A stretch of DNA of 64,000 nt from Haliotis cracherodii (Eukaryota): positions 38,316,001 through 38,380,000 of the forward strand of contig NW_027266275.1 of assembly GCF_022045235.1 (NCBI RefSeq), in the 5' to 3' direction. Numbering within the stretch: the stretch's first letter is position 1; each line of letters begins with the position of its first letter. The notes beneath the pieces were generated by a model that did not search any database, was not told where the DNA came from, and saw only the letters and a list, made by a program, of their open reading frames with translations. The position numbers were made by a program, and so were the translations under genes. Of the stretch, positions 1 to 13,100 are shown piece after piece.

Positions 1-989
1 CTAAGAGAAGATCTTCCTAAAGAAGGCAGCAGCTCTCGTCAGCGCCTTTCTAAAGGGATGAATCTCTCTGTCATCCACAAAGCTGTGGTCGTCCTCGTCC
101 TCGTACACCCAGTAGTCACTGTCATCGTCGTCACTTGGGGCAGGGTAGTGATCAGCGTGGTTAATGGTGACGGGGGCAGGGAGCGTCTCACCGTAGACAG
201 GGCGGGCCCAGAACGGAGTGAAGACGCTCAGGGGGTCGGGACAACGGGAAGGGGACACAGCCAGGGAACGCTACACATCGAGGGGGTGGAAGGAGGGACA
301 AAGGGAGGCATGTGAGACAGAATACGGGATACGTTTGCAAAGAAAACGAATCACAGTTTATTATAGGGACTGGGCAGACTTAATGTACAATAAAACAGGG
401 GCTATAATAGAAGGAAGAAGTGACAGGGAGGGCATGTAAAACTACATACACAGTCGGACTCCTCATCCTGAGACGGCCACAAACTCACAGCCGCAGGAGT
501 GCCATAATAGCGAATTATGTCCTCCCGAGCTGAAAAAGAAAAACGAAAGCTAGGTTCAGTTAAATGTACGCCGGCGGCTGCGTTTACAAAATCACAACTT
601 ACGTCTTCTGACAGCTACAATATGTCATTAGACCTCGGCCTTTTGACAATGCGAATTCCAAGTGTATGTGGGCTTTACAGGCTGTGCTGCAAGACCACCA
701 TTAACCAATAAAATGGGCCAAACAGCTGCTTTTCACGTAATACAGGTTATCTTACATCTGTACTACAACGCTCGACACTATAATGAACGAACAGGTTTCA
801 TCTAAGCACCACATGTCAAGTTTACAATCCAAATTTTTCAATTAAGACAATTGCAAATGGCGGCCGCCATCTTCAGTCCCGATACTGCTGCCTAACAACG
901 ACCAATTTCACATCTATATTAACATCTTAATACTGTTAAGTGGAATAATTGTGACCTTAAATACCTTGAATGTGAAGCCTTGTGTTCAT
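1..989 (-). CDS. Putative 124-aa orphan protein, copy 1 (coding exons 989-965, 529-450, 270-1)
   Basis: ATG in ccaagATG context after an in-frame upstream TGA. Donor AAG|GTATTT (phase 1), acceptor tttttctttttcag|CT, donor TGT|GTATGT (phase 0), acceptor after a pyrimidine tract ...gatgtgtag|CGT. The last exon contains the 85-aa ORF of the track. No homology recognised. Confidence 0.45.
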
Positions 990-2524
990 CTTGGAAGAAG
1001 GCACACTTGGAAAGATACAGCAGTGAGCGAAACGTAGAGGTCAGCGGAGCAAATGCGATCGTTTTTCTGTTGTAAACAGAAGGGACGTGGGTAACGGCAA
1101 CGGTAACTACGTTACGGAGTTCGAGGACTCAGAACGAGGCTCATCGACAGCTTCCGGCGTGGTCAAGCCTAATGGCATTGCAGAGGCTGAAAACAGACGG
1201 GTTTATTTCGTCTGAACACCAGGCTTAAGTTGTAACTTACAACTGAAACGTTGCATACATCAGTTTAGAGTTTGAAAAAACGTGCTGGTGAAACTGGGTG
1301 TTTTTCGTGCCTCCATTATTCGGAACAGGGCGAATTTTGTTCATTTTCATATGGATCATCACTTGTAGACATTAACCTGAAACGTTGGCCACGTGGCTGG
1401 GCCGAATAGCGATACCATATAAGAACCCTCTGTTATACCAGCCTTCACAATACCTTTTACATTCGACAAACTGACACGGGCTAGTGGGCTAGTAAGAATG
1501 TGAGGGAGACTAGATATTTTTTCAGCTATGGATGCAAAACCAGTTATAAACTATGAGCCTAAATAAAACTTTTCTTTAAAAAACACACACCTTGCAACAA
1601 TTTATTTTTGGTGGCCGACATGTTCTTTTTGTTCAACAGTCTGAAGCATAATTATTTTCCAATCAATTTCTGAGACAATTTATTTGTTTCTGATAAAATC
1701 CTTCCCACCCACACACTCACAGTCAGAGAAATCCAATTGTCCGTTCCATTTTGAAAACGCTGATGTGGACGTACAGGGGACGAATTCAGACCCCTTCTAT
1801 CATTTATGTATTTTTGTAGAATGCCAGATACGAATAGTACGTCATATTTGTATTAATCTACTCTTGCATACAAGTAGGTGTCAACATAGGCGTTTTACTT
1901 GCACCTGACCACAGCCTATGTATAAAAGCATGCCCTCTGCTTTTTCTGAAGATCACGGGCCAAAGGAACAGCAGTGAAGTCGATTTCTGGAAGGCCACAA
2001 TGAAGAGACGAGTGGAATCCAATATTGTCTGGGGCGAAGGGAGATCACTCTCAATCCCTTGTCCGACTACCGGTATTAGATGGTGAAGTGCTCGTAATAT
2101 ATCCTATGTGGCGACACTTGTGTTTTAGAGAAGAAAGGCAATTCTCGATTCGAACTCCATCAATAGGAAGCCACAATCATTGTTTCATTAGAAAAGTTTA
2201 GCTAGTTAATTGGAATATTAAAATTCTTCAATAACAAAGTGTCCAAGAGAGCTATCCTCGGAAAATATCCCGTGTCACAATTGTCGCCACATAAAAATTT
2301 AGAAGTGTCAAATCTTAAGGTAGCCCCACCTATTCAGAAATCTTCTGCCGAGTACAGATCATGAAATTGGGACACAGCAGAACAGCAATATAGGGGCAAC
2401 TTTCACTGATTAACAATATCCATATGAATTTATGTCTCGTGTTCGGGAACCTTGGGATTTGGCCAGATGCCTATATTGCGATGCTGCTGTCGCCCAGATA
2501 TTATTAGCTGTAAGGATGAAACAC

Positions 2525-2571
2525 TGTAGACAAAACAGACAACTTGTGTATACATTACAGAAACATTTATT
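2525..2571 (-). terminator. Candidate polyadenylation signal plus GU-rich downstream element (units 1-7; AATAAA deleted in unit 8)
   Basis: Minus strand reads AATAAA tgtttctgtaatgtatacacaag TTGTCTGTTTTGTCT, ~740 nt past the stop codon of the next copy. Confidence 0.45.
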
Positions 2572-2759
2572 CAGATCACAGAAAGCCGAAAGTAATATGC
2601 CTCAAGAGAGATCCAAAAACGGGCCAAAATTGTATAGAACGTATAGTCTTGTGCGATTCTAATAAGCCAAGAGGTTTGCCGAAACGAAAGTGAAAGTTGG
2701 GCCAAAATGTATGTGCCTAAAAATACGCCAAAATGCACAAAGAGCAGTTATGTGGAAAG

Positions 2760-2762
<3 letters not shown>

Positions 2763-2797
<35 letters not shown>

Positions 2798-3321
2798 ACA
2801 GACATATATGTACTCGTTAATTCACTCTAACTCTCATCTCTAACATACATACCTTCTTCCTCTCACACACACATACATACATACTCATTCAGTCAGTCAC
2901 ACACACAGACACACAGACACACACACACATTAGCACACTTACACACTAATACACTAACACGAACACATGCTCATTCAATCTTTCATTTACACTCACATAC
3001 GCACACATACATACACACATGCTCATTCTCTCACTCACTCGAACACATTCAGACATTAAAAGGATAAGGAGTCTAAGAGAAGATCACACACACATTCATA
3101 CATACTCATTCAGTCAGTCCATCACACAGACACACATACACACAAACACACACACACACACTAACACACACACACTAGCACACTTACACACTTACACGAA
3201 CACATGCTCATTCAATCTTTCATTTACTCTCACATACGCACACATACATACACACATGCTCATTCACTCACTCACTCGAACACATTCAGCAGTAAAAGGA
3301 TAAGGAGTCTAAGAGAAGATC
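2763..3321. repeat. (CT)n microsatellite, CA-rich low complexity and a ~205-250-bp internal sub-repeat (2 copies per unit, 3 in unit 2)
   Basis: The block CACGAACACATGCTCATTCAATC...GGATAAGGAGTCTAAGAGAAGATC recurs within each unit. Its copy number and microsatellite lengths explain most unit-length differences. Confidence 0.9.
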
Positions 3322-4297
3322 TTCCTAAAGAAGGCAGCAGCTCTCGTCAGCGCCTTTCTAAAGGGATGAATCTCTCTGTCATCCACAAAGCTGTGGTCGT
3401 CCTCGTCCTCGTACACCCAGTAGTCACTGTCATCGTCGTCACTTGGGGCAGGGTAGTGATCAGCGTGGTTAATGGTGACGGGGGCAGGGAGCGTCTCACC
3501 GTAGACAGGGCGGGCCCAGAACGGAGTGAAGACGCTCAGGGGGTCGGGACAACGGGAAGGGGACACAGCCAGGGAACGCTACACATCGAGGGGGTGGAAG
3601 GAGGGACAAAGGGAGGTATGTGAGACAGAATACGGGATACGTTTGCAAAGAAAACGAATCACAGTTTATTATAGGGACTGGGCAGACTTAATGTACAATA
3701 AATCAGGGGCTATAATAGAAGGAAGAAGTGACAGGGAGGGCATGTAAAACTACATACACAGTCGGACTCCTCATCCTGAGACGGCCACAAACTCACAGCC
3801 GCAGGAGTGCCATAATAGCGAATTATGTCCTCCCGAGCTGAAAAAGAAAAACGAAAGCTAGGTTCAGTTAAATGTACGCCGGCGGCTGCGTTTACAAAAT
3901 CACAACTTACGTCTTCTGACAGCTACAATATGTCACTAGACCTCGGCCTTTTGACAATGCGAATTTCAAGTGTATGTGGGCTTTACAGGCTGTGCTGCAA
4001 GACCACCATAAACCAATAAAATGGGTCAAACAGATGCTTTTCACGTAATACAGGTTATCTTACATCTGTACTACATCGCTCGACACTATAATGAACGAAC
4101 AGGTTTCATCTAAGCACCACATGTCATGTTTACAATCCAAATTTTTCAATTAAGACAATTGCAAATGGCGGCCGCCATCTTCAGTCCCGATACTGCTGCC
4201 TAACAACGACCAATTTCACATCTATATTAACATCTTAATACTGTTAAGTGGAATAATTGTGACCTTAAATACCTTGAATGTGAAGCCTTGTGTTCAT
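3309..4297 (-). CDS. Putative orphan protein, copy 2 (4297-4273, 3837-3758, 3578-3309)
   Basis: Same splice signals and frame as copy 1. Candidate AATAAA on the minus strand at 2571-2566. Confidence 0.45.
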
Positions 4298-6647
4298 CTT
4301 GGAAGAAGGCACACTTGGAAAGATACAGCAGTGAGCGAAACGTAGAGGTCAGCGGAGCAAATGCGATCGTTTTTCTGTTGTAAACAGAAGGGACGTGGGT
4401 AACGGCAACGGTAACTACGTTACGGAGTTCGAGGACTCAGAACGAGGCTCATCGACAGCTTCCGGCGTGGTCAAGCCTAATGGCATTGCAGAGGCTGAAA
4501 ACAGACGGGTTTATTTCGTCTGAACACCAGGCTTAAGTTGTAACTTACAACTGAAACGTTGCATACATCAGTTTAGAGTTTGAAAAAACGTGCTGGTGAA
4601 ACTGGGTGTTTTTCGTGCCTCCATTACTCGGAACAGGGCGAATTTTGTTCATTTTCATATGGATCATCACTTGTAGACATTAACCTGAAACGTTGGCCAC
4701 GTGGCTGGGCCGAATAGCGATACCATATAAGAACCCTCTGTTATACCAGCCTTCACAATACCTTTTACATTCGACAAACTGACACGGGCTAGTGGGCTAG
4801 TAAGAATGTGAGGGAGACTAGATATTTTTTCAGCTACGGATGCAAAACCAGTTATAAACTATGAGCCTAAATAAAACTTTTCTTTAAAAAACACACACCT
4901 TGCAACAATTTATTTTTGGTGGCCGACATGTTCTTTTTGTTCAACAGTCTAAAGCATAATTATTTTCCAATCAATTTCTGAGACAATTTATTTGTTTCTG
5001 ATAAAATCCTTCCCACCCACACACTCACAGTCAGAGAAATCCAATTGTCCGTTCCATTTTGAAAACGCTGATGTGGACGTACAGGGGACGAATTCAGACC
5101 CCTTCTATCATTTATGTATTTTTGTAGAATGCCAGATACGAATATTACGTCATATTTGTATTAATCTACTCTTGCATACAAGTAGGTGTCAACATAGGCG
5201 TTTTACTTGCACCTGACCACAGCCTATGTATAAAAGCATGCCCTCTGCTTTTTCTGAAGATCACAGGCCAAAGGAACAGCAGTGAAGTCGATTTCTGGAA
5301 GGCCACAATGATTAGACGAGTGGCATCCAATATTGTCTGGGGCGAAGGGAGATCACTCTCAATCCCTTGTCCGACTACCGGTATTAGATGGTGAAGTGCT
5401 CGTAATATATTCTATGTGGCGACACTTGTGTTTTAGAGAAGAAAGGCAATTCTCGATTCGAACTCCATCAATAGGAAGCCACAATCATTGTTTCATTAGA
5501 AAAGTTTAGCTAGTTAATTGGAATATTAAAATTCTTCAATAACAAAGTGTCCAAGAGAGCTATCCTCGGAAAATATCCCGTGTCACAATTGTCGCCACAT
5601 AAAAATTTAGAAGTGTCAAATCTTAAGGTAGCCCCACCTATTCAGAAATCTTCTGCCGAGTACAGATCATGAAATTGGGACACAGCAGAACAGCAATGTA
5701 GGGGCAACTTTCACTGATTAACAATATCCATAGGAATTTATGTCTCATGTTCGGGAACCTTGGGATTTGGCCAGATGCCTATATTGCGATGCTGCTGTCG
5801 CCCAGATATTATTAGCTGTAAGGATGAAACACTGTAGACAAAACAGACAACTTGTGTATACATTACAGAAACATTTATTCAGATAACAGAAAGCCGAAAG
5901 TAATATGTCTCAAGAGAGATCCAAAAACGGGCCAAAATTGTATAGAACGTATAGTCTTGTGCGATTCTAATAAGCCAAGAGGTTTGCCGAAACGAAAGTG
6001 AAAGTTGGGCCAAAATGTATGTGCCTAAAAATACGCCAAAATGCACAAAGAGCGGTTATGTGGAAAGGTACTCTCTCTCTCTCTCACTCTCTCTCTCTCT
6101 GTGTCTTATACAGACATATATGTACTCGTTAATTCACTCTAACTCTCATCTCTAACATACATACCTTCTTCCTCTCACACACACATACATACATACTCAT
6201 TCAGTCAGTCACACACACAGACACACACACAGACACACACACACATTAGCACACTTACACACTAACACGAACACATGCTCATTCAATCTTTCATTTACAC
6301 TCACATACGCACACATACATACACACATGCTCATTCACTCACTCACTCCAACACATTCAGACATTAAAAGGATAAGGAGTCTAAGAGAAGATCACACACA
6401 CATACATACATACTCATTCAGTCAGTCAATCACACAGACACACAGACACATTAGCACACTTACACACTAACACGAACACATGCTCATTCAATCTTTCATT
6501 TACACTCACATACGCACACATACATTCACACATGCTCATTCACTCACTCACTCGAACACATTCAGACATTAAAAGGATAAGGAGTCTAAGAGAAGATCAC
6601 ACACACATACATACATACTCATTCAGTCAGTCAATCACACAGACACA

Positions 6648-6682
<35 letters not shown>

Positions 6683-6835
6683 ACACACTAACACACACAC
6701 ACTAGCACACTTACACATTTACACGAACACATGCTCATTCAATCTTTCATTTACTCTCACATACGCACACATACATACACACATGCTCATTCACTCACTC
6801 ACTCGAACACATTCAGCAGTAAAAGGATAAGGAGT

Positions 6836-7824
6836 CTAAGAGAAGATCTTCCTAAAGAAGGCAGCAGCTCTCGTCAGCGCCTTTCTAAAGGGATGAATCT
6901 CTCTGTCATCCACAAAGCTGTGGTCGTCCTCGTCCTCGTACACCCAGTAGTCACTGTCATCGTCGTCACTTGGGGCAGGGTAGTGATCAGCGTGGTTAAT
7001 GGTGACGGGGGCAGGGAGCGTCTCACCGTAGACAGGGCGGGCCCAGAACGGAGTGAAGACGCTCAGGGGCGCGGGACAACGGGAAGGGGACACAGCCAGG
7101 GAACGCTACACATCGAGGGGGTGGAAGGAGGGACAAAGGGAGGCATGTGAGACAGAATACGGGATACGTTTGCAAAGAAAACGAATCACAGTTTATTATA
7201 GGGACTGGGCAGACTTAATGTACAATAAAACAGGGGCTATAATAGAAGGAAGAAGTGACAGGGAGGGCATGTAAAACTACATACACAGTCGGACTCCTCA
7301 TCCTGAGACGGCCACAAACTCACAGCCGCAGGAGTGCCATAATAGCGAATTATGTCCTCCCGAGCTGAAAAAGAAAAACGAAAGCTAGGTTCAGTTAAAT
7401 GTACGCCGGCGGCTGCGTTTACAAAATCACAACTTACGTCTTCTGACAGCTACAATATGTCATTAGACCTCGGCCTTTTGACAATGCGAATTCCAAGTGT
7501 ATGTGGGCTTTACAGGCTGTGCTGCAAGACCACCATTAACCAATAAAATGGGCCAAACAGCTGCTTTTCACGTAATACAGGTTATCTTACATCTGTACTA
7601 CAACGCTCGACACTATAATGAACGAACAGGTTTCATCTAAGCACCACATGTCAAGTTTACAATCCAAATTTTTCAATTAAGACAATTGCAAATGGCGGCC
7701 GCCATCTTCAGTCCCGATACTGCTGCCTAACAACGACCAATTTCACATCTATATTAACATCTTAATACTGTTAAGTGGAATAATTGTGACCTTAAATACC
7801 TTGAATGTGAAGCCTTGTGTTCAT
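6836..7824 (-). CDS. Putative orphan protein, copy 3 (7824-7800, 7364-7285, 7105-6836)
   Basis: Same model, with one D->A change (CPDPL->CPAPL). Confidence 0.45.
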
Positions 7825-9686
7825 CTTGGAAGAAGGCACACTTGGAAAGATACAGCAGTGAGCGAAACGTAGAGGTCAGCGGAGCAAATGCGATCGTTTT
7901 TCTGTTGTAAACAGAAGGGACGTGGGTAACGGCAACGGTAACTACGTTACGGAGTTCGAGGACTCAGAACGAGGCTCATCGACAGCTTCCGGCGTGGTCA
8001 AGCCTAATGGCATTGCAGAGGCTGAAAACAGGCGGGTTTATTTCGTCTGAACACCAGGCTTAAGTTGTAACTTACAACTGAAACGTTGCATACATCAGTT
8101 TAGAGTTTGAAAAAACGTGCTGGTGAAACTGGGTGTTTTTCGTGCCTCCATTACTCGGAACAGGGAGAATTTTGTTCATTTTCATATGGATCATCACTTG
8201 TAGACATTAACCTGAAACGTTGGCTGGGCCGAATAGCGATGCCATATAAGAACCCTCTGTTATACCAGCCTTCACAATACCTTTTACATTCGACAAACTG
8301 ACACGGGCTAGTGGGCTAGTAAGAATGTGAGGGAGACTAGATATTTTTTCAGCTATGGATGCAAAACCAGTTATAAACTATGAGCCTAAATAAAACTTTT
8401 CTTTAAAAAACACACACCTTGCAACAATTTATTTTTGGTGGCCGACATGTTCTTTTTGTTCAACAGTCTGAAGCATAATTATTTTCCAATCAATTTCTGA
8501 GACAATTTATTTGTTTCTGATAAAATCCTTAAGCTTCCCACCCACACACTCACAGTCAGAGAAATCCAATTGTCCGTTCCATTTTGAAAACGCTGATGTG
8601 GACGTACAGGGGACGAATTCAGACCCCTTCTATCATTTATGTATTTTTGTAGAATGCCAGATACGAATATTACGTCATATTTGTATTAATCTACTCTTGC
8701 ATACAAGTAGGTGTCAACATAGGCGTTTTACTTGCACCTGACCACAGCCTATGTATAAAAGCATGCCCTCTGCTTTTTCTGAAGATCACAGGCCAAAGGA
8801 ACAGCAGTGAAGTCGATTTCTGGAAGGCCACAATGAAGAGACGAGTGGAATCCAATATTGTCTGGGGCGAAGGGAGATCACTCTCAATCCCTTGTCCGAC
8901 TACCGGTATTAGATGGTGAAGTGCTCGTAATATATTCTATGTGGCGACACTTGTGTTTTAGAGAAGAAAGGCAATTCTCGATTCGAACTCCATCAATAGG
9001 AAGCCATAATCATTGTTTCATTAGAAAAGTTTAGCTAGTTAATTGGAATATTAAAATTTTTCAATAACAAAGTGTCCAAGAGAGCTATCCTCGGAAAATA
9101 TCCCGTGTCACAATTGTCGCCACATAAAAATTTAGAAGTGTCAAATCTTAAGGTAGCCCCACCTATTCAGAAATCTTCTGCCGAGTACAGATCATGAAAT
9201 TGGGACACAGCAGAACAGCAATGTAGGGGCAACTTTCACTGATTAACAATATCCATAGGAATTTATGTCTCATGTTCGGGAACCTTGGGATTTGGCCAGA
9301 TGCCTATATTGCGATGCTGCTGTCGCCCAGATATTATTAGCTGTAAGGATGAAACACTGTAGACAAAACAGACAACTTGTGTATACATTACAGAAACATT
9401 TATTCAGATAACAGAAAGCCGAAAGTAATATGCCTCAAGAGAGATCCAAAAACGGGCCAAAATTGTATAGAACGTATAGTCTTGTGCGATTCTAATAAGC
9501 CAAGAGGTTTGCCGAAACGAAAGTGAAAGTTGGGCCAAAATGTATGTGCCTAAAAATACGCCAAAATGCACAAAGAGCGGTTATGTGGAAAGGTACTCTC
9601 TCTCTCTTTCTCTCTCTGTCTCCCTCTCTCTCTCTTATACAGACATATATGTACTCGTTAATTCACTCTAACTCTCATCTCTAACA

Positions 9687-9846
9687 NNNNNNNNNNNNNN
9701 NNNNNNNNNNNNNNNNNNNNNNNNNNNNNNNNNNNNNNNNNNNNNNNNNNNNNNNNNNNNNNNNNNNNNNNNNNNNNNNNNNNNNNNNNNNNNNNNNNNN
9801 NNNNNNNNNNNNNNNNNNNNNNNNNNNNNNNNNNNNNNNNNNNNNN
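9687..9846. other. N gap (160 N); similar 128-N gaps at 19492-19619, 22797-22924 and 26114-26241
   Basis: All four start after CTCTAACA at the same unit position, in the CA-rich tract. Confidence 0.97.
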
Positions 9847-10195
9847 CACGAACACATGCTCATTCAATCTTTCATTTACACTCACATACGCACACATACA
9901 TACACAGATGCTCATTCTCTCACTCATTCGAACACATTCAGACATTAAAAGGATAAGGAGTCTAAGAGAAGATCACACACACATACATACATACTCATTC
10001 AGTCAGTCAATCACACAGACACACAAACACACAGACACACTGACACACTAACATACACACACTAGCACACTTACACACTTACACGAACACATGCTCATTC
10101 AATCTTTCATTTACTCTCACATACGCACACATACATACACACATGCTCATTCACTCACTCACTCGAACACATTCAGCAGTAAAAGGATAAGGAGT

Positions 10196-13100
10196 CTAAG
10201 AGAAGATCTTCCTAAAGAAGGCAGCAGCTCTCGTCAGCGCCTTTCTAAAGGGATGAATCTCTCTGTCATCCACAAAGCTGTGGTCGTCCTCGTCCTCGTA
10301 CACCCAGTAGTCACTGTCATCGTCGTCACTTGGGGCAGGGTAGTGATCAGCGTGGTTAATGGTGACGGGGGCAGGGAGCGTCTCACCGTAGACAGGGCGG
10401 GCCCAGAACGGAGTGAAGACGCTCAGGGGGTCGGGACAACGGGAAGGGGACACAGCCAGGGAACGCTACACATCGAGGGGGTGGAAGGAGGGACAAAGGG
10501 AGGCATGTGAGACAGAATACGGGATACGTTTGCAAAGAAAACGAATCACAGTTTATTATAGGAACTGGGCAGACTTAATGTACAATAAAACAGGGGCTAT
10601 AATAGAAGGAAGAAGTGACAGGGAGGGCATGTAAAACTACATACACAGTCGGACTCCTCATCCTGAGACGGCCACAAACTCACAGCCGCAGGAGTGCCAT
10701 AATAGCGAATTATGTCCTCCCGAGCTGAAAAAGAAAAACGAAAGCTAGGTTCAGTTAAATGTACGCCGGCGGCTGCGTTTACAAAATCACAACTTACGTC
10801 TTCTGACAGCTACAATATGTCATTAGACCTCGGCCTTTTGACAATGCGAATTCCAAGTGTATGTGGGCTTTACAGGCTGTGCTGCAATACCACCATTAAC
10901 CAATAAAATGGGCCAAAAAGCTGCTTTTCACGTAATACAGGTTATCTTACATCTGTACTACATCGCTCGACACTATAATGAACGAACAGGTTTCATCTAA
11001 GCACCACGTCAAGTTTACAATCCAAATTTTTCAATTAACCCTCTGGATGCCGAGTTTTTTTCTCTGATGCACATTTTCCTAAGATCGGAAAGGTGAAGGT
11101 TGTGCGAGAATTGCGCTCACGCGGCACTGGATCTACCTCTAGCTATAAAATTACGCAGAGGTGGAGAATATTAAATGTCTTACTTGATGGTGCAAATTTA
11201 ACTGTAAATATCAAACCTGTTTTTAAAAAAGACACTCCTAAGTGTTGTCCGAGAATTTATTCTGCGTTGAAAAACAGTAAATTTCTCCGCTTTTTATCGT
11301 ACACCGATAAAAGTACTGTGCGACAATTTTTTTTATTAAGAAGCTTTACGGAAACTGTGAGCGAACAAAATACTGCCTAATATCTGAACGACATAACTAC
11401 ATATCAAATGGAGTTATATGCGTATGTATAACGACATACATTCAATTCCAAAAATAGCAAGCCGTAAATGACGAAAACTGATTTTTCTCTATGACGTCAA
11501 AAGGTGACAGAGAGGTTACACACGTACAAAGAAAAGGGGGCATAACTTCGCTATGCTTAGCTCTACTTTGTTGTAACTCAGGTCACTTGGTGAGAATTAG
11601 CTGTGAGAACGGACAAAATATTTTCGTGGTGTTTTGTTCAGGAGGAACCAAACTATTCCAACACAAATATCGATATTGAAACTGTACACGTTTAGTTATA
11701 AAATATACCCATAAGAAATGATGAAATCGTACTTCATAAAAAGGATGGCCTTATCTTAGCTATAACTTAGTCCTTACATTCCAACATTCTCCTGATTGTG
11801 TAAGTGTAATTTGACTAATGTTGCATCATTATTCATGGAGCACAAGCCCTATCACCAAATGTAATGAAATACCCTAAAAATAACACGATTCCTTTTGACG
11901 TCATGGCTGGTTTTATGTCTTTGATAACGTCGGAAAAAGACGACACTGGTATTTTGATTAATATATATCTCCCCTAATTTTCGTTCATGGTATGGAAAAT
12001 CTCGATGTGTGGAACGGAATTTGACGCTTTTTCGACACAACATAAAATGACTGCTCTCACCAAGTAAATAATGTCTTGAATATGTAAACAATTAGATAGT
12101 TTATCGTGTATCTTAATTGGACAAGACACGCACCTGTTTGGCATCAGCTTACGTAATGAAATTCCCAAAAGAATATTTCAAAACAACCAAAACTATATTC
12201 AATATTGGACACATATTTGTTCATGATTATGTTATTTTTTCTTACACAATAAAAGATGCAAAGAAAGCTCTTTTGGTATAGAATTATCAGGATAATCGTA
12301 TACGTTTGAACCAACGGGGTACCTGGCATGTGTTATATATTTATACATTTTACAATTCCTGGAGAAATAAAGTAAACTGTTTACTATCCTGTGATCACAA
12401 CATTGAATTTTTTTTTGTAACCATTGATTATATAATGCAAAACGAGAGGAATAATTCGTAAATTGTTTGTGACTAACGCGCACCTGGCGAATCGTTAGAT
12501 ATCACTGTTCTCTGTATCCAACGACATAAAAGACAAATCCAAGACCAAGACATTTCAGGAATGTGTGCATATATTTTACCGAAAAATATTATCCATTTTG
12601 TTAAAGTAATATATTCAGTTTTAGTTATAAAATAAAATGAAACGGCTATTCATGGACATTGGTTATATGAACTTATAATATTGACTTATTACACATCCCA
12701 AGAAATGCGTACATGCTGCAGGTACATTTACACTTCATCTTGTAACACTTGTCCACAGGAAAGAAATATCGTAGTCGACACTTTAAACCTATCACATTGC
12801 TATGTAAACAATGTTCAAACAAACAGGAGATTATCAAAGGTTCGTTCATACATGTTGTGGCCTATATGTACGTATGATTTCATTTTGAACATTGACAAAT
12901 ATCCAAAGTGAAATTAATTGTGTGAATTTTTTTAAAAAGACATGCAAAATATACACCATAACTGAGACTGTAAACAGCACGATACAGTGATCGTGTGCAC
13001 TCTCATTCAAGGACCTTCACCTCAAAGAAATTACCAAATATGTACAACAATGTTGACGTATGACATCACTACCTGTGACCCACTTTTACAAAATGGCGTG

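Noticed and set aside
630-670. CTCGGCCTTTTG...CAAGTGTA resembles the 5' end of U2 snRNA, raising the idea of an snRNA gene array
   Set aside because: The spacing is wrong, and the branch-pairing GTAGTA and the rest of U2 are absent. I saw no 5S, U1, U5, U6, tRNA or histone sequence in the unit.
1684-1908. 74-aa ORF preserved in all 8 units
   Set aside because: It starts at TTG with no recognisable motif or splice context, and preservation is expected at ~99% unit identity.
3019-4019. Plus-strand ORFs (94, 139, 73 and 64 aa; 199 aa in unit 6) repeated per unit
   Set aside because: They are antisense shadows of the minus-strand frame or translations of CA repeats. Their starts and lengths vary between units, and the 64-aa ORF is frameshifted in units 6-8.
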